In this document: positions 37,251 to 46,867 of the stretch, piece by piece
Numbering within the stretch: position 1 is the first letter of the stretch
Layout: each line of letters opens with the position of its first letter
NCBI GenBank assembly: GCA_965223845.1
Contig: CBDCXR010000004.1
Span: forward strand, 768,001-832,000
DNA: 64,000 nt
Reading direction: 5' to 3'
Source: Planctomycetota bacterium
Lineage (GTDB): Bacteria; Planctomycetota; UBA8108; SXIK01
The notes under the pieces: model-generated
The model's database searches: none
What the model saw: the letters and a program-made list of their open reading frames with translations, nothing else
What the model was told of the DNA's origin: nothing
Program-made: the position numbers and the translations under genes

Positions 37251-38195
37251 ATGGCCTCGACCTCTCCGAGTCTCCGCTCGAAGCTTCTGCGAAAGTTTCA
37301 GCGCCGACCGCACCGTTACTCGATCATACGTTTTGCCACCCAAGCGACGACGCTCGCGATCCTCTACCTCGTTCCGCTGACGGGCCTCGCGCGCTTCGAT
37401 CTCTGGGGAGCAGAGCACCGCGCCCTCTTTCGCCCCGCGAACGCCGTTGACGGATTCGTCGCGGTCGCGGTCGGAGTCACGTCGCTCTACGTCATCACGT
37501 TCCTCGCCAACGTGGTCTGCGGCCGGCTCTTCTGCGGTTGGGGATGCCCGGTGGCGCAGCTCTCGCGATTCGGGGAGCTGATCGAGGGAGGAGGGTGGCG
37601 AGCCGCTCTGCGCGGAGGAAGCTTCGGCGCTCTACTGGTTCTCGGCGTGATGCTTTGGTGGACGAGTCCTCGCATCGTCGTGGACGGCAGCGCGACGGCA
37701 CGCGCGGTCGGAGCGGCGGTGTTTCTCGGGCTGTTGGCGCTCACGTACGTCCACGGCAAGGTGTTTCGCTGGGAGTTTTGCAAGAAAGCCTGTCCGATCG
37801 GACTCTACTACTCGGTAGTCGCAACCGAGACCTCGCACGGAATCGTCTTCGAACGCGATCTCGAGACCTGCAAGGCCTGCAATGTCTGCGACCGAGTTTG
37901 TCCCGTCGATCTGCATCCTCGAGCGCTGTCTTCGCCGCGCGTCGGAATCGGTGGGCTCGGGATCGACGGCCTTCCTGAAGACAACCACTGCCTCCGCTGC
38001 GGTGACTGCGTGACGGCCTGCGAGTTCGTCTTCGCGCGCGAAGAGCTCGACCGGGTTCCTCTTCGTTTCGGGTTTGGGCGGAACGGCGAACCTCTCGTCC
38101 CCCGTCCACGGTTCGCGGTGGAGGACGCATCGCCGCGGAGCACTCTCGCCAGGACCGGTCCGGTGAGCGCGTCGAAAGTGCCGTGCCCGCGCTGA
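37251..38195 (+). CDS. Membrane polyferredoxin (NapH/MauN/CcoG-like 4Fe-4S binding protein)
   Basis: TM helices; GRLFCGWGCP, FCKKACPIG, CKACNVCDRVCP, CLRCGDCVTAC. Confidence 0.88.
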   Translation: MASTSPSLRSKLLRKFQRRPHRYSIIRFATQATTLAILYLVPLTGLARFDLWGAEHRALFRPANAVDGFVAVAVGVTSLYVITFLANVVCGRLFCGWGCPVAQLSRFGELIEGGGWRAALRGGSFGALLVLGVMLWWTSPRIVVDGSATARAVGAAVFLGLLALTYVHGKVFRWEFCKKACPIGLYYSVVATETSHGIVFERDLETCKACNVCDRVCPVDLHPRALSSPRVGIGGLGIDGLPEDNHCLRCGDCVTACEFVFAREELDRVPLRFGFGRNGEPLVPRPRFAVEDASPRSTLARTGPVSASKVPCPR

Positions 38196-38295
38196 GAGCC
38201 TCATGCGGGGGCGTGCCTAGTTGATGCGGCCTCGCGAAGGGGTATACAGAGGGGAGACTCCCGTCGACAACGTCTCCCCTCACTCCGGAACCGCC

Positions 38296-41200
38296 GTGCC
38301 GTTTTCTCTCCGACCGATCGTCTGCGTTCTCGGCGCCTTTTCCGCGATCTTGAGCTCAGTCGAAGCGGAAGAGCGCCCGAACATCATCGTGATCTTCACG
38401 GATGATCACGGCTACGCGGATCTCTCTTGCCAAGAGATACTCGACGACGTGAGAACGCCACACATCGACGCGCTCGCTGCCGGCGGTGTGCGGATGAAGT
38501 CCGGCTATGTGACCGCACCGCAGTGCGTGCCTTCGCGCGCCGGCCTCTTGACGGGTCGGTATCAGAATCGATTCGGCGTCGAGAGCAATCGAAAGCCGCT
38601 CGACGGTTTTCGCGCCGAGCGAACCGTCGCCGAGCGTTTGAAGGCTGCGGGCTACGCGACGGGGATGGTCGGCAAGTGGCATCTCGGACGGCCGCAGGAG
38701 ATCGTCGAGCACGGTTTCGATGACGTGTTCTACCAGGGCGGCTCGTGGACGAACTTCGATCTCGACGGCGCGTCGGTCGAGCCCGGGACTCGCGTGAACG
38801 GCCCTTATCACCTCGACGCGAAGAGTGCGGCGGCGCGCGCCTTCATCGCGCGACATCACGACGAGCCGTTTTTTCTCTACGTCGCTTACCGAGCGCCGCA
38901 CGTACCGCTCGACGCACCGAAGAAGTACCTCGATCGATTTCCGGGCGAGATGCCCGAGCGGCGTCGTCAGGCTCTCGCGATGCTCTCGGCGGTGGACGAC
39001 GGCGTCGGCGGGATCGTCGCGTCCATCCGGAAGTTCGGGGTCGAAGAGAGAACACTCATCTTTTTCATCGGCGACAACGGCGCTCCGCTCAAGATCCACC
39101 GGGTCGATGCACCGGGAGGCGGACCCGGCTGGGACGGCTCGCGGAACGATCCGCTGAACGGAGAGAAGGGGATGCTCTCCGAAGGCGGAATTCGCGTGCC
39201 GTTTGTCGTTTCTTGGAAGGGACAGATTCCTCCGGGTCAGATCTACGACCATCCCGTGATCTCGCTCGACGTCGCGGCGACCGCGATTGCGCAGGCCGGT
39301 CTCCCACGTGATCCCGCGCTCGACGGCGTCGATCTCGTTCCGTTTCTCGACGGAACTCGTTCGAGCGCGCCGCACGCGACGATCTACTGGCGCTGGATTT
39401 CGCAGGCCGCAATCCGCGAGGGACGCTGGAAGTTCCTCCGCGCCGGAGCGCGCGAGTATCTGTTCGATCTCGAGGCGGATCGCGGAGAGAAGACGAATCG
39501 TGCGAAGGCTCATCCGGAAATCGCTCGCCGGATGCGGACGAAGCTCGAGGCGTGGTCCTCCGAGCTCAAGCCGCCCGGACTCGCCACCGCGGCACTGGCG
39601 AGCACGTGGGAGCAGTACTTCGACCACTACCTAGACGGAAAGCCGGCGCCGAGACCACGTCCTCGTCCGCGGAGCGAACGAGCGCGGAAGTTTCCGCGCT
39701 CGCGAGACGCGGAGATCGGCGGGTGGATCGCGCGCAACACTATCGCCAGGCTCGTCGATGGTGCGCTTCGAACCCGTGCGCGCCTGGGCCCGGGCGGGCG
39801 TACGCCCTTCGTGACGAGAGCGGGACTCGATTTGCCGGCGGCGGTCACCGTCCGCGTTCGCTTGCGCACTGCGAAGGGCGGCGCGTTCGCGCTAGCGTGG
39901 CGTGAGCAGGGGCAGCGAGACTTCCCGTCTGGCCAGCGCGCTTCGGTCGAATGCGAAGCATCCGACGAGTTCGTGACCCACAGCGTTTCGCTCGCCGGAG
40001 AGAAGAAGATCATCCACTTACGCCTTTTCCTTCCGGTGGGGGGCGCCGATATCCGAACCATCGAAGTCCTCGACCCGGGGGGCGAGCGACTCGAGTCATG
40101 GCGATTCGCAGAGGCGAGTGTGCAGGTCCGCGATCCGCGCCTCGAGCTCCGCGTATTCGCGGAGGACCCGGAAATCGTGACGCCGATCGGACTCACTGTC
40201 GACGATCGTGATCGCGTCTTCGTCATCGAATCTCACACGCATCTTCGTCCTCCCGATTACGCCGGCCCGGAGGCCGATCGCGTCAAGATTCTGGTGGATC
40301 GAGATCGCGACGGCCGCGCGGACGAGGTGAGCGTTTTCGCTCGCGGTCTCCGCGAGGCGATGAATCTCTCGTTCTCGCCCGAGGGCGTTCTCTACGTCGT
40401 TTGCGCGCGTGAGGTGATTGCGCTCTACGATCGCGACGGTGATAGCGTCTCCGACGACCGCGAGCGCATCCTCAGCCTCGAGACGACGATGCGCTATCCC
40501 CACAACAGTCTTCTCAGCCTGGCGTTTTCAAACGATGGCTGGCTTTACGTCGGACGCGGCAACGTCGGCGGGAGAAGATTCAGCTATCGCGGAACGGACG
40601 GTACATCGATCGATGGCTACGGTGACGGCGGCGATGTTATCCGCTGCCGTCCCGATGGCACGAAGCTCGAGAGATTCGCGACCGGGTTTTGGAATCCGTT
40701 CGATCTCACGTTCGATCACACGGGGCGACTGCTCCTCGTCGACAACGACCCCGACGCGCGCGGACCGAATCGTCTCCTCCACGTCGTTCAAAACGGGGAC
40801 TACGGGTACAAGTCACTCTACGGTGGCGGGGGAAACCACCCATTCCAGGGTTGGGACGGTTCGCTCCCGGGAACTCTACCCATGATCGCAGGAACGGGCG
40901 AAGCTCCGTCCGGAGTCCTGAATGGGCGTCGAGCCGCGCTCCCCCCGGATCTCGCGGACGATGTTCTCGTCACGATTTGGAACGAGTACACGATCGAGCG
41001 ATTCGAGACGAAGACCTCCGGAGCATCGATCGCGGCGCAGTCGTCGATTCTCGTCTCGGGCGGGACGGACTTCCGTCCGGTGGCGCTGGACGCAGACCGC
41101 CGAGGCGACGTTTTCATTTCCGATTGGGTGAACGTCGACTATCCGAACCACGGGCGCGGACGCGTTTGGCGGCTCTCGGTGAAGGACGGCGAAGAACGAA

Positions 41201-42660
41201 GCCGGCCGCGCGCGCCGTACTCGCCGTACGAAGTCGACCCCGGGATCGAGAAGCTCGAGGCACTCCGAGAACTCGCCGACGGGCGCGGTGAGCGTCTCGT
41301 CGCGGCTCTCGCGAGCGACGATCCGTTCGAGCGTCAAGCCGCGGGTGTCGCGCTCGCGCGTCCTGAGTTCCGAGCGATTCGCACCGCGGCGCTCCGCGAC
41401 TCGAGCGCGCGAGTTCGGCTCGGCGCACTTCTCGCGGCGCGTCGCTCGGTCGCCGAAGACCGCACCGACGCGCTGAAGGACGCGCTCCGAGATCCCGATG
41501 TCGACGTGCGCCGCGCGGCGCTCATGTGGGCCGGAGAGGAGACTCGCGCCGACCTTCGCGGCGAGCTCGCGTCTGCGATCGCACGTCCGGACGTGACGCC
41601 GGATCTCTTCGCATGCTATCTCGCCGCGGTCGAAAGCCTCGATCCGGAGTTTGTCGCCGCGTATCGGAGCCAGTCGACGGACTCGGCGATGTCTCTCGAG
41701 AGGCGACTCGACCCGAATCTCGTTGAGGACTTGGTGCGCGACGTCGATCGATCCGATGCGGTCCGGGCGCTCGCGATTCGGCATCTCGGAAACGAGTCGC
41801 GTGATTTCACTGTCCTCTTCGAGCTCGCGACGGTAGCTCCTCCCGCCGTCCGGCTCTCGGCGATCGAGAAGCTGCGATGGGTGGCAAACGAGAATGCGAA
41901 GGATTTGCTCCTTCTCGTCGCCGAGGACGAACAATCTCCGACTGACCTTCGCGTCGCGGCGATCTCGTCGCTTTCGTGGCACCCTCCGCTCGATTCGACG
42001 TCGATGCTTCCGCTCGCGGACAGTCGCGACCCCGCGATCGCGCTCGCGGTGGTCCGCGCTCTCGCATCTAGTGCGGACGTAGATTCTGTCCGCGCGGCTT
42101 TGCGGGGGTTTCGCTCGCGCGAGTCGCAGGCGGACGGCGGGCGCATAGCGGAATTGATCGACCTCGTTCTCGGAGAGCCGAGAGGCGCCTCGCGTCGTCC
42201 GTCGACCGTCGAAGAATGGAACGGCGTCCTCGCGGAGGGAGGAAGCCCCGAGATCGGTCGGCGAGTCTTTCATTCGCCGCAGGCGAGTTGCGCGCGTTGC
42301 CATTCGACGGACGGTACGAGAGACCAGCTGGGTCCGAGCCTCGAGAATCTCGGACGAACGATGCGCCGCGAGCGCATGATTCAGTCGATCCTCGAGCCTT
42401 CCCGGGAGTTCGCTCCGCAGTACATGGCCTGGACCGTGGTCACCGTCGACGGTCGCGTCGCGAGCGGCGTCCAGCTCGATCACAAGGCCGGCGGAGCGAT
42501 CGAGATGTTCACCGTCGACGGCAAGACGGTGCGGTTCGAAGCAGACGAGATCCTTCGGTACGAAGTGTCGCGCCGCTCGCTCATGCCCGATGACCTGGAG
42601 AGCACGCTCACTGTGAGCGATCTTCGCGACCTCGTCGCCTATCTGGAGTCCCTCCGATGA
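38296..42660 (+). CDS. Fusion: arylsulfatase + PVC-type beta-propeller/HEAT/cytochrome c protein
   Basis: Signal peptide from GTG 38296 (ORF open from 38221); RPNIIVIFTDD, CVPSRAGLLTG, GKWHLG, DNG, EGGIRVP; then FAEDPEIVTP, DRDRDGRAD, GFWNPF, GRVWRL, HEAT repeats, CARCH..GPSL, SLMP. Confidence 0.88.
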   Translation: MPFSLRPIVCVLGAFSAILSSVEAEERPNIIVIFTDDHGYADLSCQEILDDVRTPHIDALAAGGVRMKSGYVTAPQCVPSRAGLLTGRYQNRFGVESNRKPLDGFRAERTVAERLKAAGYATGMVGKWHLGRPQEIVEHGFDDVFYQGGSWTNFDLDGASVEPGTRVNGPYHLDAKSAAARAFIARHHDEPFFLYVAYRAPHVPLDAPKKYLDRFPGEMPERRRQALAMLSAVDDGVGGIVASIRKFGVEERTLIFFIGDNGAPLKIHRVDAPGGGPGWDGSRNDPLNGEKGMLSEGGIRVPFVVSWKGQIPPGQIYDHPVISLDVAATAIAQAGLPRDPALDGVDLVPFLDGTRSSAPHATIYWRWISQAAIREGRWKFLRAGAREYLFDLEADRGEKTNRAKAHPEIARRMRTKLEAWSSELKPPGLATAALASTWEQYFDHYLDGKPAPRPRPRPRSERARKFPRSRDAEIGGWIARNTIARLVDGALRTRARLGPGGRTPFVTRAGLDLPAAVTVRVRLRTAKGGAFALAWREQGQRDFPSGQRASVECEASDEFVTHSVSLAGEKKIIHLRLFLPVGGADIRTIEVLDPGGERLESWRFAEASVQVRDPRLELRVFAEDPEIVTPIGLTVDDRDRVFVIESHTHLRPPDYAGPEADRVKILVDRDRDGRADEVSVFARGLREAMNLSFSPEGVLYVVCAREVIALYDRDGDSVSDDRERILSLETTMRYPHNSLLSLAFSNDGWLYVGRGNVGGRRFSYRGTDGTSIDGYGDGGDVIRCRPDGTKLERFATGFWNPFDLTFDHTGRLLLVDNDPDARGPNRLLHVVQNGDYGYKSLYGGGGNHPFQGWDGSLPGTLPMIAGTGEAPSGVLNGRRAALPPDLADDVLVTIWNEYTIERFETKTSGASIAAQSSILVSGGTDFRPVALDADRRGDVFISDWVNVDYPNHGRGRVWRLSVKDGEERSRPRAPYSPYEVDPGIEKLEALRELADGRGERLVAALASDDPFERQAAGVALARPEFRAIRTAALRDSSARVRLGALLAARRSVAEDRTDALKDALRDPDVDVRRAALMWAGEETRADLRGELASAIARPDVTPDLFACYLAAVESLDPEFVAAYRSQSTDSAMSLERRLDPNLVEDLVRDVDRSDAVRALAIRHLGNESRDFTVLFELATVAPPAVRLSAIEKLRWVANENAKDLLLLVAEDEQSPTDLRVAAISSLSWHPPLDSTSMLPLADSRDPAIALAVVRALASSADVDSVRAALRGFRSRESQADGGRIAELIDLVLGEPRGASRRPSTVEEWNGVLAEGGSPEIGRRVFHSPQASCARCHSTDGTRDQLGPSLENLGRTMRRERMIQSILEPSREFAPQYMAWTVVTVDGRVASGVQLDHKAGGAIEMFTVDGKTVRFEADEILRYEVSRRSLMPDDLESTLTVSDLRDLVAYLESLR

Positions 42661-44783
42661 CTGGGTTTCCCAAGCGAATCGTGTCGTCCGTAGTCGCGGT
42701 GATCGTACTCTTCTCGCTCCCGATTCTGCGCGGGGACGAGTCGACGCGCAGTTCGAGTGCCCTTGGCGCGCGCTACGACGTCGTCGTTTACGGCGGCACT
42801 TCGGCAGCGATCGCCGCGGCGGTTCAAGCGAAGCGGATGGGAAAGTCCGTCGCCGTGGTGAGCCCGGATCGACATCTCGGTGGGCTGTCTTCCGGCGGGC
42901 TCGGATTCACGGACACCGGCGACAAATCGGTCATCGGCGGAATCGCCCGCGAGTTTTACCACCGCGTGTGGCGGCACTACCGGCAGCCGAGCGCGTGGAA
43001 GTGGGAAAAGCGGTCGGAGTACGGGAACCGTGGGCAAGGGACGCCGGCGATCGATGGTCGCGAGCGAACGATGTGGATCTTCGAGCCGCACGTGGCGGAG
43101 TCGGTGTTCGAAGCGCTCGTCACGGCGCACCAGATCGAGGTCTTTCGCGACGAATGGCTCGATCGCGAGGGCGGCGTCGCAAAGCGTGGAACTCGCATCG
43201 AGCAGATTACGACGCTGAGCGGCAAGACCTTCGCCGGAGCGATGTTCATCGATGCGACGTACGAGGGCGATCTACTCGCTGCGGCGGGCGTGAGCTACTT
43301 TGTGGGTCGCGAGTCCAACGACAAGTACGGGGAAACTCTCAACGGGGTCCAAATCGAGAACGCCCGGAAGCATCAATTCACGGCGCCGATCGACCCCTAC
43401 GTCGTTCCTGGCGATCCGTCATCGGGGCTTCTGCCGCGTGTCCACGGCGATGATCCGGGTCGGCAGGGTGAGGGCGATCGCCGCATCCAGGCGTACAACT
43501 ATCGCGTTTGTCTGACCAAGGTTCCGGCGAACCGCGTCCCGTTCGCGAAGCCTGACGGTTACGAACCGAGGGAATACGAGATTCTCTTGCGTACGCTGGA
43601 AGCGGGGTCGTGGCACATCGCCGGCAAGTTCGATGCCATCCCGAACAAGAAGACCGACACGAACAATCACGGATCGTTCTCGACGGACAACATCGGGATG
43701 AACTACGACTACCCAGAAGCGAGCTACGCGCGCCGGCGCGAGATTCTTCGAGAGCACGAAGCTTACCAGCGGGGTTATTTCTACTTTATCGCGAACGATC
43801 CTCGCGTTCCCGACGACAAGCGAAAGTGGATGGCGCAGTGGGGGCTCGCTCGCGACGAGTTTCGCGACAACGATCACTGGCCGCACCAGATCTACGTCCG
43901 CGAGGCGAGGCGGATGGTGAGCGACTTTGTCGTCACGGAAAATCACCTCCGTGGGACGATCGCAACTCCTCGCCCCGTGGGCATGGGGTCCTACAACATG
44001 GATTCCCACAATACACAGCGCTACGTCGACGCCTCCGGGCACGTTCGCAACGAAGGCGACGTTCAGGTGAGCCCGGGCGGTCCCTACCCGATCGACTACG
44101 GCGCGATCGTTCCGCGTGCGGGCGAGTGCACGAACCTCCTCGTCCCGGTCTGCGTTTCGGCGTCGCACATCGCGTTCGGTTCGATTCGCATGGAGCCCGT
44201 GTTCATGATTCTCGGGCAATCGGCGGCAACCGCCGCGTCGCTCGCGATCGATGGAAGATCCTCCGTACAGAACGTCTCCTATGAAGCTTTGCGCGAACGA
44301 CTCACTCGCGATGGTCAAGTGCTCGTCTCGGGACGAACGCGGGCGACGATCGTGCGCATCGCTACGCTCAAAGGCGTCGTGATCGACGACGCGCAACTCG
44401 GGACCAAGAACGAATGGGTGATGAGCACGTCGGTGAGTCCGTTCGTCGAGTACGGGTACCGCCACGACGGGAACGCGCGAAAGGGGGAGCTTGCCGCGCG
44501 ATTCGCCGCGCGCGGGATCGAGTCGGGTGAGTACGACGTGCGGATCAGCTACACCGCCCACTCGAATCGAGCGACGAACGTTCCGGTCGTGATCTCACAC
44601 GCGGGGGGATCGACGAGTGTTCGTGTGAATCAGAAGCGACGACCTTCCGTCGACGGCGTGTTTCACTCGCTGGGAAGATTCCGCGTCGAAGAGGGAGGCG
44701 CCGCGTTCGTCGAGATCGGCAACGCGGGCACGGACGGCTACGTCGTGATCGACGCCGTTCAGTGGCTTCCCCTTGACGACTGA
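42657..44783 (+). CDS. Exported FAD-dependent oxidoreductase with C-terminal xanthan-lyase/golvesin-like carbohydrate-binding domain
   Basis: ATGA overlap; YDVVVYGGTSA, LGGLSSGGLG, IDATYEGDL, YVREARR, SASHIAFGSIRMEP; C-terminal NRATNVPV..GTDGYVVIDAVQW. Confidence 0.9.
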   Translation: MTGFPKRIVSSVVAVIVLFSLPILRGDESTRSSSALGARYDVVVYGGTSAAIAAAVQAKRMGKSVAVVSPDRHLGGLSSGGLGFTDTGDKSVIGGIAREFYHRVWRHYRQPSAWKWEKRSEYGNRGQGTPAIDGRERTMWIFEPHVAESVFEALVTAHQIEVFRDEWLDREGGVAKRGTRIEQITTLSGKTFAGAMFIDATYEGDLLAAAGVSYFVGRESNDKYGETLNGVQIENARKHQFTAPIDPYVVPGDPSSGLLPRVHGDDPGRQGEGDRRIQAYNYRVCLTKVPANRVPFAKPDGYEPREYEILLRTLEAGSWHIAGKFDAIPNKKTDTNNHGSFSTDNIGMNYDYPEASYARRREILREHEAYQRGYFYFIANDPRVPDDKRKWMAQWGLARDEFRDNDHWPHQIYVREARRMVSDFVVTENHLRGTIATPRPVGMGSYNMDSHNTQRYVDASGHVRNEGDVQVSPGGPYPIDYGAIVPRAGECTNLLVPVCVSASHIAFGSIRMEPVFMILGQSAATAASLAIDGRSSVQNVSYEALRERLTRDGQVLVSGRTRATIVRIATLKGVVIDDAQLGTKNEWVMSTSVSPFVEYGYRHDGNARKGELAARFAARGIESGEYDVRISYTAHSNRATNVPVVISHAGGSTSVRVNQKRRPSVDGVFHSLGRFRVEEGGAAFVEIGNAGTDGYVVIDAVQWLPLDD

Positions 44784-44803
44784 TTCTTTCGTCGAGAAAG
44801 CAC

Positions 44804-46867
44804 TCAGTCGGGCGGCAGCTCGCCAGCGTCTAGGAGTGGGAGGCCGTCCCACACGCGAAATCGGTTTGCACCCCTTGCCGCCGATTGAAACGGGCCCGGA
44901 GTCGCCTTGCCGTCTCGAGGAACCGGCTGGCCGCTGAAGTCCCGATCGATTCGAGGGTGGCTCGTCGAGCCGACGGCGCGCGGGTCGAAGGGTAGATTCA
45001 CGGTCAGCTCGAGCGTCGCCGGTTCGTACGTCACGGTCATGCCCTTGAGAGCAATGCTGCCGCGGTCGTTCGTCTCTCCGTGCTTCGACCAAAAGTTGCG
45101 CCACTCGTCAAGCGTCAGCGCGACCTTTCTCCCACCGGAGAGTGGACTCGGACCTTCGTGGCCGACGTCGCGCTGTACGAGGGTGAGAAATTCTTCCGGC
45201 TCCCACGGGGATGGCTTGTCGGACGCGCTGTTCACGACGAACGATCGCTCGCCGTCCGCGGCGTCGTAGACGTTGTGGTCGAGGCGCTGCGGTCCGCTCC
45301 GATGCGCCGGATAGTTGATGTCGAGCATCACCTTGTGGCGTACGAACAGGTTGTTGTAGAGCGAGTGGTGCCCGGTTCTTGTCCGAGCCGACACTTGATA
45401 GATGTAGACCCCCTGGCCGTATTTCGCGTCCGCCGGGCTGTTCGCGAACAGATTGTGCATCACGGTCGCACCGGACGCGTCGTGGACGTAGAACTGCGCG
45501 CCGCGATTCCCGATGGATAGATTGTGATCGATGAGCGCAGCGTCGAATTTGTAGTCGCTCATCTCGAGAAAGATCCCGCGTGCGCCGTTGTTTACGACGA
45601 CGTTTCGCGTTACGCGAGTGCCCGGAAATTGATTGTCCAGCCAGATTCCGTCGGAACCGGGGTTGTCGGCGACGTAGTTTTGCTCGATCAGTCCATCCCG
45701 AACTCCGTGGCATTTGATGCCGGCGTGCTCCCAGCGTTTCGGGCCACCGAAGCGGAGAGTGTTGTTTCGCAGGATCACGTTCTTTCGGACGATCAGGCTG
45801 GAGCTCTCAGCGCCGACGATTCCGGCCGAGCCGTTGTCGACGATGTAGTTCTGCTCGATCACGTTGCTCCGGCCTAGGTGTCCGCCGCTTTCTCGACGGC
45901 TTTCGCGCTCGTTGTCGCCGCCGCCTGCTCCCATGTCGAGCGCAACCGTGTTCGCGTATCGGATGACGTTCTGACGCACGATCCAGTGGTGTCCACCGCG
46001 GAGACCGAGCGCTCCCGCCTGCGCCCACTCCGGTGTCCGCCAGAAATTCGTCGGGTACTGATTCCCGCAGTGCTCGAGCACGAAGCCTTCGATGACGATG
46101 TGCCCCAAGCCGAGGACATGAGGTGCGAACACGCGCCGGCGCGTGGTGATTTCAATCGCGCTTCGCGTGGGATCGCGCCCGCCGAAGTTGGCGTAGATAC
46201 GATCGGACCCACCATCGCTCCTCGAGACGAAGGCCCAAGTTTCCGGCTCGCTCTCGACTTCGCTCAGGAACGGCCGCTGAGTCCACGGCTCGCCGTCGAC
46301 GATCAGCTGACCACAAGTGAACGACAAACTCGGATCGCCGCGGTCGAATCGTTCCACCTCGGGTTTGCCGTCGCGACCGTACGGTGTCGAGGCCAACTCG
46401 ACGTGAAACGGATTCGCGCTGTCTCGATAGACGTCGTCGACGAACTTGGCGTCGTCGAGCGGTGCGACGAACACTGTCCTCGCGTGACGATTCCAATCGG
46501 GTCGCCACTCGTCCGATCCGCGGATGAAGACCGTTCCGAGCTTCTCCCCGCGGTACGTGATGGGCATCCCCGGTTGGCCGCCGCGCGGCGGGGCGACCCG
46601 CTCGCGATAGATCCCCGCGCGCACGAGAACAACGTCTCCCGGCATGGCTCGTTCCGCGGCGCGCGAGATCGTGCGAAGGGGGCGCCCGGCCGTTCCCGGC
46701 GCGTCGTCACTGCCGTCCGGCGAAACGAAGATCGTCCGGCCGAGCGAAGTCGCGGGGAAGAAGAGGCTCAAGGCGATTGCGGCGGCCTCCACCGCCGCAA
46801 TCGCCTTGAGCGCCACGCGATCTCTCGTTCGAACGAGCGCGAAACGCTCGAGGAGGACGCGAGCCAC
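44804..46867 (-). CDS. Exported right-handed parallel beta-helix protein (DUF1565, glycosidase-like)
   Basis: FVSPDGSDDAPGT..PLRTISRAA..PGDVVLVRAGIYRERV; PbH1 repeats; AGIKCH, GIWLD, GIFLE. Confidence 0.85.
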   Translation of the reverse strand: MARVLLERFALVRTRDRVALKAIAAVEAAAIALSLFFPATSLGRTIFVSPDGSDDAPGTAGRPLRTISRAAERAMPGDVVLVRAGIYRERVAPPRGGQPGMPITYRGEKLGTVFIRGSDEWRPDWNRHARTVFVAPLDDAKFVDDVYRDSANPFHVELASTPYGRDGKPEVERFDRGDPSLSFTCGQLIVDGEPWTQRPFLSEVESEPETWAFVSRSDGGSDRIYANFGGRDPTRSAIEITTRRRVFAPHVLGLGHIVIEGFVLEHCGNQYPTNFWRTPEWAQAGALGLRGGHHWIVRQNVIRYANTVALDMGAGGGDNERESRRESGGHLGRSNVIEQNYIVDNGSAGIVGAESSSLIVRKNVILRNNTLRFGGPKRWEHAGIKCHGVRDGLIEQNYVADNPGSDGIWLDNQFPGTRVTRNVVVNNGARGIFLEMSDYKFDAALIDHNLSIGNRGAQFYVHDASGATVMHNLFANSPADAKYGQGVYIYQVSARTRTGHHSLYNNLFVRHKVMLDINYPAHRSGPQRLDHNVYDAADGERSFVVNSASDKPSPWEPEEFLTLVQRDVGHEGPSPLSGGRKVALTLDEWRNFWSKHGETNDRGSIALKGMTVTYEPATLELTVNLPFDPRAVGSTSHPRIDRDFSGQPVPRDGKATPGPFQSAARGANRFRVWDGLPLLDAGELPPD

